This document shows positions 1 to 9,002 of a stretch of 64,000 nt of DNA, piece after piece. The stretch spans positions 110,859 through 174,858 of the forward strand of contig CBDAVB010000003.1 of the NCBI GenBank assembly GCA_965200795.1, written 5' to 3'. The stretch's first letter is position 1. Each line of letters starts with the position of its first letter. The notes beneath the pieces were generated by a model, which was given only the letters and a program-made list of their open reading frames with translations, did not search any database and was not told the origin of the DNA. A program made the translations under genes and the position numbers. This stretch comes from Parashewanella sp. (GTDB lineage Bacteria; Pseudomonadota; Gammaproteobacteria; Enterobacterales; Shewanellaceae).

Positions 1-941
1 ACTGTTGTGGTTATTTTTTTTGAAGATAAAATCTTAATATCTAACAAACGCAATGAGTTCAGGAATTCTGAAGGGCTGCTATTGAGACTAAGTGTGTCTT
101 GTTCGTAAATGTCAGCCTGAGTATGATTGCTGAAATTAAGAGTAAGGTTATTAATATATTTTAATAAGTTATTTATATATTCAGATGGTTCCAGTGCGTC
201 AGCGTCAACGTCAGTGATGAGAAAAGCATTCTTTAAAAAAATATTCGATAAAAACAGGGTGTTAATGATGAATTCATTCAGCGTTGACTCAGGGTGCGGG
301 GCTTTGGCAGTATTTTGTGATGCGTCTTGTGATATCTTATTAACTTGTGTGTTACCTGAAAATTCTTCAACCAGAGTCCTGCTGATGTTAAAATGATTAA
401 TAATGATTGCCGGGCAATAAGTGACGGTCTTTATCAGATATAAATGCATAAGCTTATAGTTTAATTCCAATTCCTTAACTTTTCGCTCATCTTCATCAGA
501 CTGATTCATTAACCATCGTGATTCATCACTATAGTGATTCAGGTAATTTATGTAATTCACTTTTAAATCGATAAGATTACGGTAAACTTTTAAAGCCGCA
601 TTATTTTTATAGCAAACTGCCGTGAAATCAGCGCATATATTTTGAGCCTGCACCCACAAATCCACGAGCTCTCGTCGCATCCAAATACCGGGAACAAGGT
701 TTTCGGGAATTAAGTTTAGCGTAGGGATTAATGTATCACACCAATCCTCCTCTGATGATTCTGATTGGCTAAGTGTACTCGTGTCCTCGCGGCTTGCTTC
801 CAAAGTAGATTCACTGGTGGCGGATGCTTTTAAATTGACGTCTTCATTCCTTTTTTGTTGCCGCGCTTCCGCTTGAGCCTCATTTCCGTCTTCAGCCTTA
901 GGAACAATAAGGTTCTCGGTTAAATTAATAAGCTCATACAT
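1..941 (-). CDS. hypothetical protein, N-terminal 313 codons only (ORF runs off the left edge of the window)
   Basis: I checked every minus-strand codon in the frame of the ATG at 939-941. There is no stop down to base 1, and an in-frame TGA lies just upstream at 951-953. It is absent from the supplied track because it has no stop inside the window. It begins MYELINLTENLIVPKAEDGNEAQAEARQQ, an acidic/Ser-rich stretch, then becomes Asn/Ile/Leu-rich. No family recognised and no obvious SD. Confidence 0.5.
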   Translation of the reverse strand, partial: MYELINLTENLIVPKAEDGNEAQAEARQQKRNEDVNLKASATSESTLEASREDTSTLSQSESSEEDWCDTLIPTLNLIPENLVPGIWMRRELVDLWVQAQNICADFTAVCYKNNAALKVYRNLIDLKVNYINYLNHYSDESRWLMNQSDEDERKVKELELNYKLMHLYLIKTVTYCPAIIINHFNISRTLVEEFSGNTQVNKISQDASQNTAKAPHPESTLNEFIINTLFLSNIFLKNAFLITDVDADALEPSEYINNLLKYINNLTLNFSNHTQADIYEQDTLSLNSSPSEFLNSLRLLDIKILSSKKITTT

Positions 942-1235
942 TAAAACGTGTCAGTAAATTTTATCTGTAATAAGCGGCTAGTGTGCACAGGGTTAAGACT
1001 TTCAGCAAGTCTTTTTGTTCGCTTACGCACCGGATTTCTGTAATGATACTACCCGGAATATCAGGGCGCCGCCGCCCGATACTGAAAGTTATTTTATAAG
1101 GTTGAAAATAAACCGGGAATGACTGAAATACTCGTTCTGACTCACACTTAAATCCGTAACAATTCTTAATGCGGAAAATGCAGAAGTTGAATCATCCGGA
1201 TTTAATTTTTTTAGCTTGCGGATAAATAAAAATAA

Positions 1236-1398
1236 GGAGCTGTCCCGAAATAACTTCCTGATTTTCAGGGCTTAACATTGCCGATATCAAGGCACGAAGT
1301 AACGACAGCGGTAATGACTGAACCTCGCTTTCTTCGCCCTGTAGTATAAGCCGAAAATAAACGACAGCAAAACAGGGAGGTTATCTGGGGACAGTTCC
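1236..1398 (-). mobile_element. MITE-like element, copy A (163 bp, inverted relative to copies B and C, internally shorter)
   Basis: Terminal inverted repeats are GGAGCTGTCCCGAAATAACTTCC (1236-) and GGAACTGTCCCCAGATAACCTCC (reverse complement of the end at 1398). The interior aligns with copies B and C, including the core CTTCGTGCCTTGATATCGGCAATGTTAAGC and TGTCGTTTATTTTCGGC. There is no coding capacity. Confidence 0.75.
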
Positions 1399-2034
1399 TG
1401 CATTATCTTGACTACCGAGTTCTATACCTAGTGCTGAGAGTACTTTATCCATAGAATGTGACCTGAAAGGATTTGCTTTTCCGGCCGGGGTTAATAACTC
1501 TAACTTTCCTTCAGCCTGTGGTATGCGCGGTAACGTTTGAACTTCATGTAGTGCCTCACCTTCCAAATCGTAAGTCGTAACAGGCTTTGGGGCATCGTTT
1601 TTTAACTGATAAGCCGCTATGGTTTTTGTCTCCGTCAATTCTTTGCGAATTGTTTCTTCAGATACCCCTGCCGCGTCAAAAGTATAACCTGTCCTTCCCG
1701 TGACCATGCAAGCGGCGCACGCTAATCCTCCGCCTAAAGAGTGCCCCGTAAATATCAGCTTTTCCTTCTGCAAAAGTTCATGAGCGGTTTCTGCCAACTT
1801 CATTGCTTTAGTGTATTTGGGGGTTTTTATACCAACAGCTTGCTCCATATCCGTTTCCCAGTCATCTAAGTCTTTTGTGCCCCGGAAAGCGAGAATATAT
1901 GTTCTCGTTGTATTGTCATAAAATAATCTGAAATGAACATCAGCGTTACGAACATCTTCTAAAAACCGCTCTAATTCCTGAGGATCCCCTTCGAAAGTGT
2001 TAAGCTCTTTTATATCTAACTCACTTAATTGCCC
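1381..2034 (-). pseudogene. class-3 (alpha/beta-hydrolase) lipase-like gene remnant
   Basis: The frame is open from just after a TAG (2035-2037) to the stop at 1381. It encodes ...RLFYDNTTRTYILAFRGTKDLDDWETDMEQAVG...LIFTGHSLGGGLACAACMVTGR...FRSHSMDKV. There is no ATG, GTG or TTG before the Met at 1848, and that Met lies after the AFRGT strand. The last 6 codons and the stop are supplied by MITE copy A. The gene is paralogous to the intact gene at 25798-26859. Confidence 0.6.
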
Positions 2035-2606
2035 CTAATTACATCCTGACGCATGAGAATAAGCTAACTTAGACGCGACAGCGCGGCAGGCGACTAATGG
2101 AGAGCATCTTAGTTTCGATGCCTTGATATCGCTTCTGACTAGATTCGCAGACGGCGCTTTTGACCTGTTGAGCAGCAGTGTCAGCCTGGATTGAATTTGA
2201 CGGGATAAATGCCCCTGATAACCTATGAAATAGAAAAACCGCACCATTTATCAAACCGAAAAACACGATAACCTGAATCAGTTTTGATAACTTTGTATTG
2301 CTTTGTCTTAGTCGTACCATGACCGGAATTATGTACACTGAAAGTCACTACTTGTTCACTTTCTCCGGCATCTGTTAACTCATCAAGCTTGCTTTGACGG
2401 CAAGACGTGATTGTTTTCGCATTATGATCCCAGACTATATCTGCCTGATTATACGTCAGATGTGATTAACCATTTACTAATTGACTATTCATATAATCTA
2501 TACCGCTGCTGCTGACAAGAAAAACCTTTGCACTTGAACTGAACGCCAAAATTATTGATTACATTTGCGGCGTATACTGAGTTTAAAGACTATGAAAACC
2601 ACTTAA

Positions 2607-3904
2607 GGGATCTCGCAGTTAAGAATTTACCATTCTGGCATGATAAGTAGATCCCACTTAGGTAATTCACTATTTCGGATGATTTTATCTTCGACATCTT
2701 CTTTTTCACTTTTTGTTAGCTTGACTCCTTTTGAGTAAACCTTATCAATTAAATTGACAACTGGAGTCATAGCCTTCCAAGTCATTGTTTTCGTCCACTC
2801 CAGAACAGTATTCACTGAATTCAGTAATGTACCATTCCAATGCTTTTCTAAAGATGACCAAACCCGCTCAATTGGGTTATATTTGCTGTGATAAGGTGGG
2901 TAGTAAACGTTGTGAATCCTCAGTTTCGATCTTTCACTAAACTGTTTTAATCTAAAAAGATACTGAGTCCGGCATCCACTATTTTCTGGGCCATTATCTG
3001 AAAAAATAACCAGCTCCTCTACCTCTGGATGTTCGTCTTTAACTAAATTCCACCACCACTCTAAAGCGTCACAAATGAAGTCGCTGGTTTTACTTGAGTT
3101 ACCATAAAACACATGAAGCTGGTCGTTTTCCAGGTTCAGTATTCCGAACGGGATAAGCTTATCTTTTACATCCATGTCGTGATCTAAAGCTTGCACCGCA
3201 TCAATCCCTCCGGATTGACCGTGTCGAGAAAATTCACCCAAATTAACCGTGGCTTTGCAATCTATACTTATACGGATAACTTTTTTATTCCCTGCTGTTT
3301 CTTTTTTAATTTTATTTACATTTTTAAAGATGGCGTCTGTTTCAGGAATTTTTTTTGTGGCCTGGTTTTTTGAACTCGCTTCAGTTTGTAACCGAGTCGA
3401 TTCAAAATGTCATTAATCGTTCTTTCTTTTGGTAACTCTTCACAGTCCCAGCCTTTTTCCTCAATCAGCTTTTTACGAACACCTTTAGCTGTAATTCGAG
3501 TGTAAGCAAATGAATTTTTGAATTTTGGATCAGCTTGTGACTCTGGATCGACTAACGCCCGAATATCTACCTCCAGCTGAGGATTATTCTCCTCACTTCT
3601 ATGCTTTCCTTCATAATGCCCAAAGCATTCAAACCCGGTTTCCAGCTCATGAAGCCCGAGTTCTACAGCTTTTCTCCCCCAGCCAAACTCCGTTTCCGTT
3701 AATCTAGGACTCCCACAGCAGAACGTTTTAGACACTTCAGCCATAAAGACTCTTTTTTCCATTCCGTGAAGTTTATTTGAGGCAAGTTTGATTATCCGTT
3801 TGGACTCGCTAGAAATGTAAATTGAAGTAGACATCTGGCAGCAACATAAACGATTTTAAGAACTCAACTATACTATTGCGGTAAAATTTAAATCGCAACG
3901 TCCC
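2607..3904 (-). mobile_element. IS element, ISAzo13-like / IS630-superfamily type (about 1.3 kb)
   Basis: Imperfect terminal inverted repeats are GGGATCTCGCAGTTAAGAATTT (2607-) and GGGACGTTGCGATTTAAATTT (reverse complement ending at 3904). They bracket the two-frame DDE transposase. The exact ends and target duplication were not resolved. Confidence 0.6.
2627..3834 (-). CDS. DDE transposase in two frames (orfA 3316-3834, orfB 2627 to about 3349), joinable by a -1 slip
   Basis: orfA carries an HTH-like N-terminus. The orfB frame is open upstream to the A8 run (minus strand, 3349-3356). A -1 slip on CAA AAA AAA gives ...RPQKKIPETDAIFKNVNKIKKETAGNKKVIRISIDCKATVNLGEFS... The DDE region contains FSDNGPENS and YYPPYHSKYNPIERVW, and the C-terminus is LPKWDLLIMPEW. 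These resemble ISAzo13-type transposases as I recall them. Confidence 0.65.
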
Positions 3905-4731
3905 TAATTTGTTAATTATCAATACTAACATTTCAATTTTAATAAGAGCCGAATGAACGGCAATTCAACAGTTAATTTTAATCAATGCCGCGTACAGTTT
4001 TTTTCTTATTCAAATCAATGGACATCAATACAGGTCTTTAGTGAAATCGACTTTGCCATCAAGCTTCTCAGGGCGGCCGACACCTGATGAACCGATATTT
4101 GCTCAACTGACTGATTCTTTAAAGTTATCCTGCTCACTTTAAGTGATTCTATAACTAACCGGCTAAAGCGAGCATCAAACAAGTTAATATCAGACGGCTG
4201 ACTCGTGTTTCTGTACAGAAGCGAGTTACGGTTTTATCAGTTTCAGCAGATTGAACTATAAAAGATATGAAAAAATAATATCCTGGCTAACCCCGCCGTT
4301 ACTTGCTCAGGCAAGCAGGGTAGCGAAACGGTAATCACACCCTCATTGTGTTTATCGACTTCATATTCGGTAACCTGTTGGTGTCTGTTGAGTATTTTCT
4401 CAATGGTATTCTGGTAGCTGGCTCCCGTGTCTGTACTTTGTAATTAATCTTAATCTGTTAATTGCGCCTCCCTTATTAATTTATGATGAGCAAATTAAAT
4501 ATTGTTAATTTAATATCTGAGGAGTGAACATATTTTCTTTGCGTTTCCGGGGGCTCCTGTCAGGACGGGAGCGCGAAAGTGAATGAGGATCATATTTTTT
4601 AGGGGGTGACCTAAAACTGAGGCAACTGCTATTTTATGAAACCTTTAATAAAATCAATTGTCTGAAATGATCTGATCCCTGAAAAACATATGTTAAACTT
4701 ATGCTTATGATTTAGTATCTTAATTCAATTA

Positions 4732-4903
4732 GAAACTGTCCCGGAATAACTTCCCGGTTTGTTAATGTTTGCGGTCACATCATCTTTTTATCAGAAGAAC
4801 TCGCCAAACTCCCGCCGGTCTTGAACCGCTGATGCCCCGGAATTTCGCCGGGCGTCAGGGCGGCTTTTCCCCGGATGTTTACGGAAAAGTTATCCGGGAG
4901 AAG
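4732..4903 (+). mobile_element. MITE-like element, variant D (same termini as A-C, different interior)
   Basis: The left end GAAACTGTCCCGGAATAACTTCCC matches the family TIR. The right end GGAAAAGTTATCCGGGAGAAG is a degenerate match to the opposite TIR. The interior is GC-rich and unrelated to that of copies A-C. Confidence 0.5.
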
Positions 4904-4930
4904 AAAATCAGCATTGTTGACCATATATGG

Positions 4931-6076
4931 CTAGCAGAAACTTGTCAGGCCAGCGAATCGCTCTTTTATGTCTAAAAGACGTGTTTTATCATCTTCTATT
5001 TGTTTTGCTTTAATTTTATAGTATTGTTGATAATCTCCAGCATTAATAAATTTGAGTTCTTCTAAGTGTTCTTGATTAATTTCTTTAAGTACAGTTAACG
5101 AATTTTCAATATCACTTATGTATTTCTCGTATAATACTAACTCTTCATTTGCATTTTTCGCCGTTTCGGCTATCTGACCTTTGATATGTTCAATTAAAGC
5201 TAATTTATCCAGCCTTCCTTTTTCGTTAAAGTTTAAATTGTTATCGATTTGTGAAATATTGTTCTTGCAAATGTCACGATCTTTTTCGGCAACCGCAAGT
5301 TTTTCTCTCAGCGCATGAATTTCTTGCTCTTTAGCGTTCAAGTTGGCAGTCTGTAGAATTTTCTGATATACCAATTTATTTTGTTCATTATAATTTGGTT
5401 GTACATCTCCTTCTTGCTTTTTAAGTTTATCATGTAACACCGTAAGAGCGGCTTTATCGGTCTCTAACCGACTGAGAAATTGTTTTATTGCATCACTATT
5501 TGATTGTATTAGATCTCTCTTTGATTGCCACTTAAGGCTGGTCAGAAGCAAATTCAGATCCTTTATATGCTCATCCTTATCAGTTTCATCCTCCTTGAAC
5601 TTCTTTGAGTTATCCGGCTCATCCCCGGCTTTCGCTCTTTTTTGCGGGGCACGATGAGCTTGATGATCAGGACATTCATCGTCACGTTTACCCTTTACAT
5701 GATTACCATTTATATGATCACGATTTATATGATTACCGCTGTCTGTTTTTGAGCTATCCGGATCCCCGGCTTTCGCGCTTTTTTGCGGCGCACGATGAGC
5801 TTGATAATCAGGACATTCATCGTCACGTTTACCCTTTACATGATTATCATTTACATTATTACCGGTGTCTGCTCCATCATTAATTTTGTTATGAATTGTT
5901 TTGGTTTTGGTGGAGGGCTTTGCGAAAGCACAGTTATATTTTAAACTCCCTGAAGCTGCCTGGACATATAACGATGAGCTTACAGCGCTCGGCCTACCGC
6001 AAGAAGTTAAGTGATCATTTGCATTCGTACCGGCTCCGTTTAACACCGGAGAAGAACTGCTTATTTTAGTTTCCAT
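4931..6076 (-). CDS. hypothetical protein: Ser/Asn-rich N-terminus, duplicated basic/acidic module, long coiled-coil-like C-terminal half
   Basis: 381-aa ORF with an AGGAG SD 8 nt upstream of the ATG. The module NHVKGKRDDECPD(Y/H)QAHRAPQK(S/R)AKAGD occurs twice. The C-terminal roughly 200 aa are heptad-like and K/E/L/Q/N-rich. No family recognised. Confidence 0.6.
   Translation of the reverse strand: METKISSSSPVLNGAGTNANDHLTSCGRPSAVSSSLYVQAASGSLKYNCAFAKPSTKTKTIHNKINDGADTGNNVNDNHVKGKRDDECPDYQAHRAPQKSAKAGDPDSSKTDSGNHINRDHINGNHVKGKRDDECPDHQAHRAPQKRAKAGDEPDNSKKFKEDETDKDEHIKDLNLLLTSLKWQSKRDLIQSNSDAIKQFLSRLETDKAALTVLHDKLKKQEGDVQPNYNEQNKLVYQKILQTANLNAKEQEIHALREKLAVAEKDRDICKNNISQIDNNLNFNEKGRLDKLALIEHIKGQIAETAKNANEELVLYEKYISDIENSLTVLKEINQEHLEELKFINAGDYQQYYKIKAKQIEDDKTRLLDIKERFAGLTSFC
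5607..5853. repeat. direct repeat, 2 x about 105 bp with a 144-bp period, inside the 4931-6076 CDS
   Basis: Segments 5607-5712 and 5751-5853 align nearly base for base (GAG(T/C)TATCCGG...CCCCGGCTTTCGC...TTTTTGCGG.GCACGATGAGCTTGAT.ATCAGGACATTCATCGTCACGTTTACCCTTTACATGATTA.CATTTA). There is one 3-bp indel and a few substitutions. Confidence 0.85.
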
Positions 6077-6624
6077 AAAATACTCTCCTAAAAACGCTCT
6101 AATCCATAGTGATATAGTGAATGCGCTACAGGAAACGTCAAATTAAGCTTTGTTAATCGTCAGGGTATCTAATGGCGTTTATTTTAAAATTCGGAAGCGG
6201 GATCAGGAAACGAAAGACCAGAAAGACTAACAGCAGGAAATCTCAGCTTTTATCACCTGTATTAACCTGAGTTGAGATGTGAATTAAAAAATTGTCATAA
6301 TTTCAGTTTCTTATTTAGTTATGGTGGTTTTTTAACGCTGGCAGCTGAATTTTTGACTCAACCTGAAATTTATTGGTTTTTATTTTCTGTACGGCTGGCC
6401 GTTCAGGTTTATGCTAAAGCAAAATTAAGGGATTTTGTGGTTCAAATAAAACTTGTTTCAATTTTAGCACTTCATTTGTCAGAATGCGGGAAATGGAATA
6501 ACGACAGTTTTGTATGCCGGTCATCCGGAGACTTTTATCCAGATTAACCTAAGTCACCGGACTCCTGCTTTCGCAGGAGTGACGACGGAACCGGTATACA
6601 TACTTCTGCCGCATCCCTAAGTAA

Positions 6625-7416
6625 CTAATCAACGTTAAGGATGTCCGGCCATATCCCGTCAAACACATAAAAAACGTTAAATCGCTCTAGTTTAAATTTT
6701 TCTATTATTACAGCAGATTCTATCAAGATGGTAATCTCATTTAACGCTCTGGCAATAAATGAAAGAATCATCTCTGACGCGCCTCTTTGCCAGTTAAACT
6801 CAAAACCGGCACCATCAAAAAGTATCAGTTTATCAGTAACAACGGCGTTCTCCGTCTTAGAGTCCATCGCTAAAACAAAAGTGTGCCCTTGATATTCAAT
6901 AAAACCGCCTTTATCAACGCCCGTATGAAGAATCACAACAGCAGCGCCTTTCGGTACGGATAAAAAAAAGCCCGATAAGCAGCTGGTCATTGACTTTATA
7001 TGATTAAAATCGGCTCCCTCTTGCGCGACATTTTCTTTGTATAATTTCATTTCTCTGGTCAAAATTTCATAAAGGTATTTCTGAGCAAGATCGTATTTTT
7101 TTTCTGCCGTACAAGCGATATAATCAACATTCGCCATGTAGCGCCGATGTACTTTTGCCGCGTTGTCACAATCAAAACCCCCGGCCGCTGATTCAAAATA
7201 ACACCGTAACCATTCAACCGTCGCCCCGAAGCAGATAGGCTCCGTAATCGAGAAGTTAGTAACCAGCCTTGCCTTACTAATGGATCTCGCCCTGCTCAGG
7301 CATTCTTCTTTATCTATCGTTTTATCTTCACTGGCGCGGATGTATTTTCGCAGGAAGTTTTCTTGCATCTTTTGATAACTTGTGAATGTATGCCCTGATT
7401 GATTCGCAATAATCAT
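6625..7416 (-). CDS. putative YopT/AvrPphB-type (MEROPS C58) cysteine protease, compact form
   Basis: 263 aa with an AGGAG SD 9 nt upstream. Candidate triad:
- Cys62 in EPICFGATVEWLR; compare YopT ...GVCEALCAHWIR as I recall it.
- His178 in QGHTFVLA.
- Asp201 in LILFDGAGFEF; compare YopT FFDPNFGEFHF.

The Cys-to-His spacing of 116 residues is similar to YopT/AvrPphB. I verified the codons at 7231-7233 (Cys), 6883-6885 (His) and 6814-6816 (Asp). Confidence 0.55.
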   Translation of the reverse strand: MIIANQSGHTFTSYQKMQENFLRKYIRASEDKTIDKEECLSRARSISKARLVTNFSITEPICFGATVEWLRCYFESAAGGFDCDNAAKVHRRYMANVDYIACTAEKKYDLAQKYLYEILTREMKLYKENVAQEGADFNHIKSMTSCLSGFFLSVPKGAAVVILHTGVDKGGFIEYQGHTFVLAMDSKTENAVVTDKLILFDGAGFEFNWQRGASEMILSFIARALNEITILIESAVIIEKFKLERFNVFYVFDGIWPDILNVD

Positions 7417-7622
7417 AAATATTCTGCTCCTGTTTCAGCACGCTTAACCTATGAATAATTTTTCAGGGCGTTATTAAAATAATATTAAAAACAATGCCCT
7501 GTCTTTTTTGCCCGGCAAAACTTAACCTCCGGGTTTCTAAAATGTGAACAAAAATTAAGTAACAATTCATTGTTGTTTTCTGTAAAGTCAAGCTAAGTCC
7601 GATTCATAAAGGAGGCGGTAAA

Positions 7623-8807
7623 ATGATTTCAGCTACCGGAGGTTCAGCTCTGAACGCGCTTAATAAATGGTCACGGATTACTGATGCCGGTCAATATAAA
7701 ACAGCCACAGTAAAAATTAAAGGTTTCAGCATCTGGAATCATACATATAAAATTACATATGACAAAGAAACTCATGAGCTTTCCGTTCAAAGACAAAAAT
7801 GGTTTGGTTCCGGCTGGAGAGACGCCGTTAAACTTAATACCCCCGCTAAAAAAAACTGGACGAGCCGATGGATTGCCAAAACAGTATTTACGCACACAAA
7901 TTTCATGACAGATGATGAAAAAGTCAACTTTCTGAAGGGTGTCGGTAAAAATTTACGATCCAAACTCCTTAAGGCGATGCCTGATGAGTGCGGTGATGTT
8001 CCGGATGCGGGCTATCAGCCTCCTGGTGATGATGCCCGTTTAAGTCATCGGGCGAGCGGAATAAGTGCAACATTAAACCTGAGAACATCTTCGGGCCGGG
8101 TCGCCGCGTCAGCGGACAACTCAGCCGTTACCCGGGTTAACACGGATAAGCCAAAAGAAAGTATAATTAAAACAACAGCATCCGGCCAGAATGGCGGTGT
8201 AACTGAACCGGTTAATCAGTCTCTTTCTGATGCGGCAATTACTGTTAGAGATAATACCTGTGAAGATCATTCTGTCATCCGCGCTAAAAAACCTTCTGTC
8301 ATCCGTGATAAAAAAGTAAGTTTTAACGCACGTGTTGAGGTAAAAGACATAAACCGAAATACAAATGAATTTATTAGTAGTAACGAAAATCGATATGAGA
8401 ACCTGGCTGAGGAAAAAAACACACGATGTAGAGTTAAGAATAAGCTGTTAATTCGGCCGGATAAAGACTATTCATCCGAACAGAAAGACCGCATAAATTC
8501 TAATTGGGCGGATTGGGATCTTAATGACGCCTTGTCTTGCTTTAGGATGCTTACAGAAGGACAAGATTTAAAAACCGCGGAATATCTCAATAAGGTACAG
8601 AAAGAATTATGGAAAATGGGTTTTACCATAGAATATGACAGAGAGACACTGATCCTTACCGGGATCCGTTCTATAGGGTTTTCGCCCGCAAGAGACGGTA
8701 ATGGTTGGACTCCGAATATTGAAAAATTGCCAGAAAAAGCACAGATCAACGGGGAAACCTTAACAGTACGGTACGATACAAACCAAATAAGGATTTCACT
8801 TTTCTGA
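7623..8807 (+). CDS. hypothetical protein (394 aa)
   Basis: A perfect AAGGAGG SD lies 7 nt upstream of the ATG. The gene is transcribed divergently from the protease candidate. It has a Ser/Thr/Asn-rich centre and the short repeat (H/P)SVIR(A/D)KK. No family recognised. Confidence 0.6.
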   Translation: MISATGGSALNALNKWSRITDAGQYKTATVKIKGFSIWNHTYKITYDKETHELSVQRQKWFGSGWRDAVKLNTPAKKNWTSRWIAKTVFTHTNFMTDDEKVNFLKGVGKNLRSKLLKAMPDECGDVPDAGYQPPGDDARLSHRASGISATLNLRTSSGRVAASADNSAVTRVNTDKPKESIIKTTASGQNGGVTEPVNQSLSDAAITVRDNTCEDHSVIRAKKPSVIRDKKVSFNARVEVKDINRNTNEFISSNENRYENLAEEKNTRCRVKNKLLIRPDKDYSSEQKDRINSNWADWDLNDALSCFRMLTEGQDLKTAEYLNKVQKELWKMGFTIEYDRETLILTGIRSIGFSPARDGNGWTPNIEKLPEKAQINGETLTVRYDTNQIRISLF

Positions 8808-8820
8808 CGCCAATTAGAAT

Positions 8821-9002
8821 GCAGCTGCCCCGGAATAATTTCCCTTGTCGTTTATTTTCGCCTGTACAAGGCGGAAAAAGCGCACGTAGTGATTGATACA
8901 AAACCGTCGCTTCATTCAGAATGACTAAACTTCATTCTTCGTGCCTTGATATCGGCAATGTTTAGCGGTAAACAAAATCGGGAACATTTCGCGACAGTTT
9001 CC
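8821..9002 (+). mobile_element. MITE-like element, copy B (182 bp)
   Basis: The ends are GCAGCTGCCCCGGAATAATTTCCC and GGGAACATTTCGCGACAGTTTCC. The interior shares TGTCGTTTATTTTCG and ACTTCATTCTTCGTGCCTTGATATCGGCAATGTTTAGCGGTAAACAAAATCGG with copy C. Confidence 0.75.

Noticed and set aside
127-396. 89-aa plus-strand ORF in the track
   Set aside because: It lies antisense within the much longer uninterrupted minus-strand frame (1-941). It has low-complexity AT-rich codons and no SD.
2035-2338. Two overlapping minus-strand ORFs (2035-2247 and 2069-2338)
   Set aside because: They overlap each other in different frames inside the decayed region upstream of the lipase remnant. Neither has a recognisable family or SD. 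They are more likely frame fragments of the pseudogene than genes.
4769-4975. 68-aa ORF
   Set aside because: It lies almost entirely within MITE variant D, is Arg/Pro/Gly-rich as expected for GC-rich non-coding sequence, and has no SD.
6272-6547. 91-aa ORF in the intergenic region between the coiled-coil gene and the protease candidate
   Set aside because: It has a TTG start without an SD, a Phe/Leu-rich low-complexity product, and sits in a probable promoter or terminator region.
6561-6580. Perfect 8-bp hairpin ACTCCTGC-TTTC-GCAGGAGT downstream of the protease candidate
   Set aside because: I considered it as a terminator, but no U tract follows on either strand and I found no other copies. 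It is left unannotated.
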